Source: Anthoceros angustus (lineage: Eukaryota > Plantae > Anthocerotophyta). From it: a stretch of 64,000 nt of DNA. Numbering within the stretch: position 1 is the stretch's first letter; each line of letters starts with the position of its first letter. This document shows positions 58,620-64,000 of the stretch, one piece after another. The notes beneath the pieces were generated by a model that did no database searches, was not told the origin of the DNA, and saw nothing but the letters and a program-made list of their open reading frames with translations. The DNA lies in contig MU008174.1 of NCBI GenBank assembly GCA_010909165.1, positions 434,001 to 498,000 on the forward strand, written 5' to 3'. The translations under genes were made by a program, and so were the position numbers.

Positions 58620-61080
58620 TCTGGTCAAGAGGGTCCAACCCCAGAAGAAGAGGGTTTGTATATTGTTAATCATGTTAATGTTGGAACTCTTTGGCGGACT
58701 CTACACCGGTCTTGAGGCATTTCTCCAGAATGGGCTGGTGATCACTCGCTATGTTTATCGTGATACCGTCCCATAGCCCGCGTATTCGAGTAATCGACTT
58801 TAAGGATCGCAACGCTTCCCAATGCTGTGGTGCACGCGACCTTCGCCGATTTCAAGATATTCGCCCCACACATCCAACTCCTAGCGCACATTGATGTGGT
58901 GGTTGCCGGATGGGAATGCCAGGGCTTCTCTCAAGCCGGCACATAAGCGGATTGCAAGATCTCAAGATGCACTTTTTGGGATTTGCGTGTCCTCACTGGA
59001 TTCAGAGTTCGATCACCGCACCTATGTCTTGAAGAACACCTCGGTAGCAGTGGATAATCCAGTTTGCGGCGCCAAGACATGATAGTGGTTCAGCACCATG
59101 TGGGCACACCTCTATTGCTGGATGCTGCACAAGTGGGTAGTTTCGCTCATCGGCTGCGAAATTATTGGATCAATTTGGCCCCCCAGCCTTTTGCTAGACT
59201 TGGTGCTGTCCCAGACTTCTCGGGACCCCACTCTTTGCATTGCCACAGTCTTGGAATCTTATCACCAGACCAGGCCTGTGTGAGAAGCCGCCTTGGTATC
59301 CTACCAATGCCTGGGACAGCTCGGCAGACTTTGCTTACCTTGGTGAGCTTTCCCAGATCCTATGTGTATAGGAGACAAGGGACAGGCTTGCTTCTCAACA
59401 TGGATACTCAGGAGTGGGAGGAGCCCACTGTGGAAGAGCGGGAGCGCGTGATGGGATTCCACACCCACGCCATTGCAGCTCCACACGTCACTGCTCGTCA
59501 GCGCTGTGCAGCCTTATGCAGAGCCATGGATCTCACCGCCTATTCTGCCTCGTCCTTGTTTTGCCTTACAAATTTTTGTCCCGATCTAGGACATTCACTG
59601 CTTTATGGTCCCCAAGACATGTGTGTCATTGATGTTGTACCTTCCTTTCCCAAACACACCACCGTCCTACTAGTTGGATGCGGAGGGGACGGGGAGGCGG
59701 CGGGAGGAGGAGGGGGAAGGTGGGGGAGCACGAGGCATGGACGCCCATGCTTGCTTTTTCATCATCCAGTCCTGGTGGTGGCTGAAGGCCTGATAGCAAG
59801 TACAATCCCGAGAGTCCCAAGACTAGGGACAAGTCACCAGATGTGAAGGCCAAGCTATGTGCTGAGAATTTCCCTTGGACTATGGGGCCCAAGCTCAACG
59901 CTGAATAGCAAGCAGCATTGCTTGATACTTCGGTATAAAGATTGCTTCGCCTTCTCCATGAAGGAGCTGAAGCGCTGCAATGTGGCCGTCTTCCACATCA
60001 ACCTGACCAACAAGGAGCCCATCTACCAGAGGCGCTATCGGCTCAGCAATATGGAGTGGGATATGGTGGATGCGCGCTGTCAAGAACTCCTGGAGGCCGG
60101 GCTGATTTGCCCTTCTCACTCGGACTATGCCGCTGCCATGGTCATGCCACATAAGAAGGATAGCAATGGCCTATGGACAGAGAAGCGAATGTGTGGGGAC
60201 TACCGCCCCATCAATGTTGTCACCGCCCAGGACCGGAACCCAATGCCGACTCCCGAGGAGATTTTCGATAGCATTGGCAACTCCACTTTGTTCTCCATAC
60301 TCGACCTTTGGCAAGGCTTCAACCAGGTCCCAATGGCTAAGAGGACATTTAGAAAACCGCTTTCCATGGGTTCCAGCAGCTGTGGGAATGGCTAGTGATG
60401 CCTTTCGGCTTCAAGAATGCACCGGTCACTTTTCAGTGCGTCATGGACATAGTGCTTGCCGGGTCCGCCAACCTGGTATGCTATATTGACGATGTGCTTG
60501 TCCACAGCGTGGACTTTGAGTCACATCTGGTCCATTTGGAGGACCTATTTCAGCGCTTGAGGAAGGCATAGCTGACTTGCCACTTGGCTAAGTGCGAGTT
60601 TGGGAGTGACACAGTGGCCTACCTTGGACATTGCATTGTGCCCAATGGAGTGATGCCACACTATCCCACAATTTAGGCCATCCTACAGGTCAAGGAGCCT
60701 ACCAATGTTTCGGCGCTGCGAGCTTTCTTGGGTCTATTTAACGACTACCGAGTATACATCCAAAACTTCAGCCGAATAGCCAAGCCCCTCAACGACCTGC
60801 TGTGCAAGGATGTCAATTGGGAATGGACATAGGCGGTTCAGCAAGCCTTCGAATCCTTGAAGGTGAGGCTGACCGAGGCACCCATCACGGCCAGGCCAGA
60901 TTTTGGGAAGCCCTCTGTGGTCCACATCGACTGGAGCATCTTGGGACTTGGAGTAGTGTTGGCCCAGCTAGATGAGAAAGGGCAGGAGTGAGTGATCGCC
61001 TATGCCTCTCGCAGCAACAATAGGGCTGAAGCGAACTACAGTAGCTTGGTAGCACTGTCTTGGAGCCGTGTGGGACGTTT
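58620..61080 (+). mobile_element. Degenerate Ty3/Gypsy pol fragment with domain order C5-DNA methyltransferase, RT, RNase H (cut by a CACTA insertion)
   Basis: RT: EPIYQRRYRLS, KKD...RMCGDYRPIN, FSILDLWQGFNQ, MPFGFKNAP, YIDDVLVHS, KCEF, YLGH. RNase H: DWSILGLGVVLAQ, VIAYASRSNNRAEANYSS, AVW. In-frame stops and frameshifts; no LTR seen. Confidence 0.9.
58670..59540 (+). pseudogene. C5-cytosine DNA methyltransferase domain within the Gypsy element
   Basis: Motif I LELFGGLYTGLEA (58681); IV DVVVAGWECQGFSQAG (Cys codon 58917); V-like GLQD...LF; VI YVLKNT (59023); VIII DAAQVGSFAHRLRNYWINL (59121); IX EERERVMGF (59433); X QRCAALCRAMD. The motifs are in canonical order. Confidence 0.85.
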
Positions 61081-61729
61081 CACTACTAGGAACCAGGTGG
61101 GTATGTCACGTTTTTTTGTAACATATATACGTCCTATTGTTACATTATAATGTCCATTGTAACGGTTCTGGTTCGGTCCCCCGAGCCAGCGAAAACGTTA
61201 CAATTAAATTGTTAGAAGGCGATTCGTTGTAACGGTTCTGGTTTGGGGCAGGGTTGGGCCTCGGGTTGGTGAGCATGGATTAAGCGGGGATTGGTTTGCC
61301 CGCTTCTGACATGAAGGGGGCGTGCGCACACATTTATGTGCACAAGCCACATTCATGTGCCCGCACGCCACCCCCGATGATGCGGGCGGACTGTGGACCA
61401 TGGATGCCCCTTTATGGATGCCACACATCGCCTTACGATTTCTTCCTGGTGTGTTCGGCTTCTCGACAAATGTCATTTTGGCATAGGGTATTGCCAGCCT
61501 GCCACTTATTTTTCGCCCATCCGTACACCTGCCGTATTTATCGTGAAAACATATTGGCGTATTTGTATGTATGAGGATTGTATGTACGACGATTGTATGT
61601 ATTGTTCTGCATATTTGGCATACACCATCTAGAATAAAAGCATTAATTCCAGAGCATTTGTAAATCGTTGTATCGTGTTTTATGGCCAGCACTGAAGGCC
61701 AATGCACCATAAGCCATATGCATATGGCT

Positions 61730-62486
61730 ATCTAATCGCACTCGAAATGGGTATTTGACTGAGCCTCGGATGCGTTTGCGGCCTTTGGCCTTTTCGCTCG
61801 CGACCTTCTACACGATCGGTGCCTTGCATGCGTTCGCCCGCCGCCTTTCTTAGGTGCATGATCCCCGGCTTTGCGAAGGAGGGTTCTCCCTGCATACAGA
61901 CACCAAACAGTGACGATGATGCAGCATACCGAAACAAGAAAGTGACCAATATTGAACACCAATCTTACACAAGAAACCGAGGACCGCGCTTCCAGACGCC
62001 TTTTCCTTCGGAGGAAGCTGCCACAGCCTCTCAGACTTCCATATGTGGGGCCACCCCTTTCGTGGAATTTCCTTCCCTTGCGGTTTTGGGTCGCCACCGA
62101 ACCTCGGTTCTTCCCGGAATTGTGCTCATCTCAATCACTCCCATCATCAACCGACCTACCTCCATCTCTCACGTGCAGCTTAGCATGACCCTCCTCTTCC
62201 TCGGTCTCGGCTACAGATTCTCATCCTCCTCGTCCTCTTCCCCATTGTCCTCTTCCTCATCCTCTTCTTCCCCTTCTCTTTCCCCGTCTTGCCCACCTTC
62301 CCCCTCGGCATCCCCATTCTCGTCATCGGCATTGTCGTCCTCATAGCGTACTTTGTCACTTGACATATGGTCCTCAAACACACCATTACCTCCTACTTGA
62401 TCCTCCTCCCCGCTATCATCGTCATCTTCGTCTGCCACATGCCCTCCACCAGGCACGACTGATAGAGGGCGCCTCTTTCTGTCCAT
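61730..62486 (-). pseudogene. Degenerate D/E-rich coding segment inside the CACTA element
   Basis: MDRKRRPLSVV...DEDDDDSGEED...EEEDEEEDNGEEDEEDENL, continuing in the same frame through several stops. Confidence 0.35.
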
Positions 62487-62523
62487 GGGGCACTTACAAC
62501 GTGGTTTTGTTTTTAACTTGCAG

Positions 62524-63736
62524 CAACTAAAGGACGTCGAGGTTTTACGGTCGCCGATGACTTCCGCCATTTCATATTTGAAGTCAACAACTGGAAAGGT
62601 CTTGAAAACGAGCAAAGGGCTTTGGCTGATAAGGACCTGGAAGAAGGTCTTAACATATTTAACGTGCCTTCCAGTGACAAACAGGTTCAATACCAGGTGG
62701 AGGCAAGAAATATTCTTGACATGCGGGGTTTCTGAGGACGAGGGGGTACACGCTTCTAGTGATGGACGTTCCACGTGGGTTTGACATTGGCCCTATGGAT
62801 AAGCGGGTGGACATGGCAATGATGCGAACAGTGTTTCAGAGCTTTGAGGAAAAGACAACAAGTGAAGACTTGCGCATTATAGTCATGCATGGGGTCGAAG
62901 AAGCCCACACCGTCAGGGAATCCATGCAGACATGGACAGGGAAAGGCGGATTGGTATCCTTCATATGGGATAAGACCAACATGCATAATGATAGAGGCGG
63001 GTTTGAGACTGTGGAGTACATCACCGTCGGATGGTGTCTGAAAGACACAAGCACAAAGGATAGAGCTCCTATGTTGCCGAATGCTATGCACGGGACGTTC
63101 AACAATGGGAGGTCGGTTATAGGACACGCCACTGTGGTGAAGAAACAGGTCTACCTGTCCAATGACAAACTGGTGGTATGCCCTTATCAACGCCCACTTG
63201 GTCTTCTGATGAAACTTATAAGGACCTTCTCAAAGGAAGGGGACTGGGTTCTTGATGCATGTTCGGGCAGTGGACCACCACACTTGCTGCAGTCCTCAGT
63301 GGACGCAACTGCATTGCAGTTGAGGCAGATTTGAGATGTGCAGGGTACATTCCTCAACGAATACATGGTTATGAGGTCCTTCCAGATGCAGAGGAAGAGC
63401 TTACATTTCAACCGCATCGCAGAGGACCATCAGCCTGGGCAAAGGAGGTATGTATCGTGAAAAGATAGTCCAAGGCACAAGTTGTTTCATTGAGTGCCGG
63501 AGGTTGCGATTTACAACAGTGAACTTTTGGAAGATGGGCAGCAAGCGTTGGATGATGTGGCACCGCCTCCACAGGACGACCCCAAGTGTGATGTGAACGA
63601 AGACGAGAAGGCCTTGGAAGAAAACGACGAATTTGAAGACGAAGAAGTAGAGCGCATTAGAAACCTAGCGGTTGTCTTAGACTCTGTGACAGGATGCGAT
63701 TTAGTCGCAGATGAGCCTCCCAATGATCCATTGTAG
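62524..63736 (+). CDS. Beta-class N4-cytosine/N6-adenine DNA methyltransferase-like gene (N6_N4_Mtase fold), spliced, with single-base frameshifts
   Basis: Motif IV-like YTLLVMDVPRG (62765), IWDKTN, VEYITVGW, then CPYQRPLGLLMKLIRTFSKEGDWVLDACSGSG/TTTLAAVLSGRNCIAVEAD (motifs X-I-II). Acceptor ttttaacttgcag at 62523; GT-AG intron 63448-63519; acidic last exon; frameshifts near 62730, 63274 and 63406. Confidence 0.75.
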
Positions 63737-63769
63737 ACGCCTTATATTCTTCGACGATTTAACGATAAG

Positions 63770-64000
63770 TTTTGTGGTCTGGATAGAGGTATACAGTTCA
63801 AGGTTGGCCACTCGCATAGTTTGCAGTAAAAAAACCGTCTTCAAGTGGTGGAATTTTAATTTTCCTTCCTACATTGTGGACCATTGCTTTGACGAGGGTC
63901 CAGCTATCGCCGGCCAGCCGGCGTCCGTTTATTACATGCACACATGGAACCGCGTAAATCGTTGTTTCCAACTTGGGATCCATCGGACAAGGGTGGACAT
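63770..64000 (-). CDS. C-terminal end of a convergent gene, possibly a Tnp1/En/Spm-like (TnpA) domain
   Basis: VHVINGRRLAGDSWTLVKAMVHNV...KIPPLEDGFFTANYASGQP*TVYLYP loosely resembles the TnpA C-terminal pattern; partial. Confidence 0.3.

Larger units (their letters stand above)
61081..64000. mobile_element. CACTA (En/Spm) DNA transposon, one end; continues beyond the window
   Basis: Gypsy RNase H similarity stops exactly at CACTACTAGGAA (61081); subterminal direct and inverted ttgtaac/gttaca motifs at 61115-61240 (ttgtaacggttctggtt twice). Confidence 0.8.

Noticed and set aside
58670-59540. Host MET1/CMT/DRM gene
   Set aside because: No BAH, chromo or UBA domains, no introns, non-permuted motif order, and directly followed by RT.
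58670-63736. Bacterial contamination or a restriction-modification operon
   Set aside because: The C5-MTase is collinear with a eukaryotic Gypsy RT, the amino-MTase has spliceosomal intron signals inside a CACTA end, and no endonuclease partner is present.
1-64000. tRNA, rRNA, conserved miRNA genes and paired LTRs
   Set aside because: None recognised by eye; tRNAscan-SE, Infernal and an LTR finder would be needed to exclude them.

Overview
Eukaryotic plant nuclear DNA with GT-AG introns of about 100 bp. PPR genes with DYW:WW-like and DYW:KP-like PG boxes point to a seed-free land plant, most consistent with a hornwort (inference). Intact genes are an 8-exon PrmA-like methyltransferase, a 12-exon UDP-glucuronate 4-epimerase, a PLS-class PPR gene, an AT-rich intronless CAMK/CDPK-like kinase and a 14-exon Pescadillo, plus the 3' end of an NPF-tailed gene. 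The middle of the window is a transposon graveyard: a multicopy OTU-protease cassette, a CRE-like RLE retrotransposon, and an ~3.7 kb diverged palindrome assembled three times. The most striking region is 57.2-64 kb. There a Ty3/Gypsy element carries a C5-cytosine DNA methyltransferase domain directly upstream of its RT. It is interrupted in RNase H by a CACTA element carrying an intron-containing beta-class N4-cytosine/N6-adenine methyltransferase-like gene, and a related CACTA-like remnant lies just upstream. Several 1.2-2 kb tandem near-duplicates differ mainly by homopolymer indels and are probably long-read assembly artefacts, so single-base frameshifts in this window are unreliable. Exon coordinates were read by hand.
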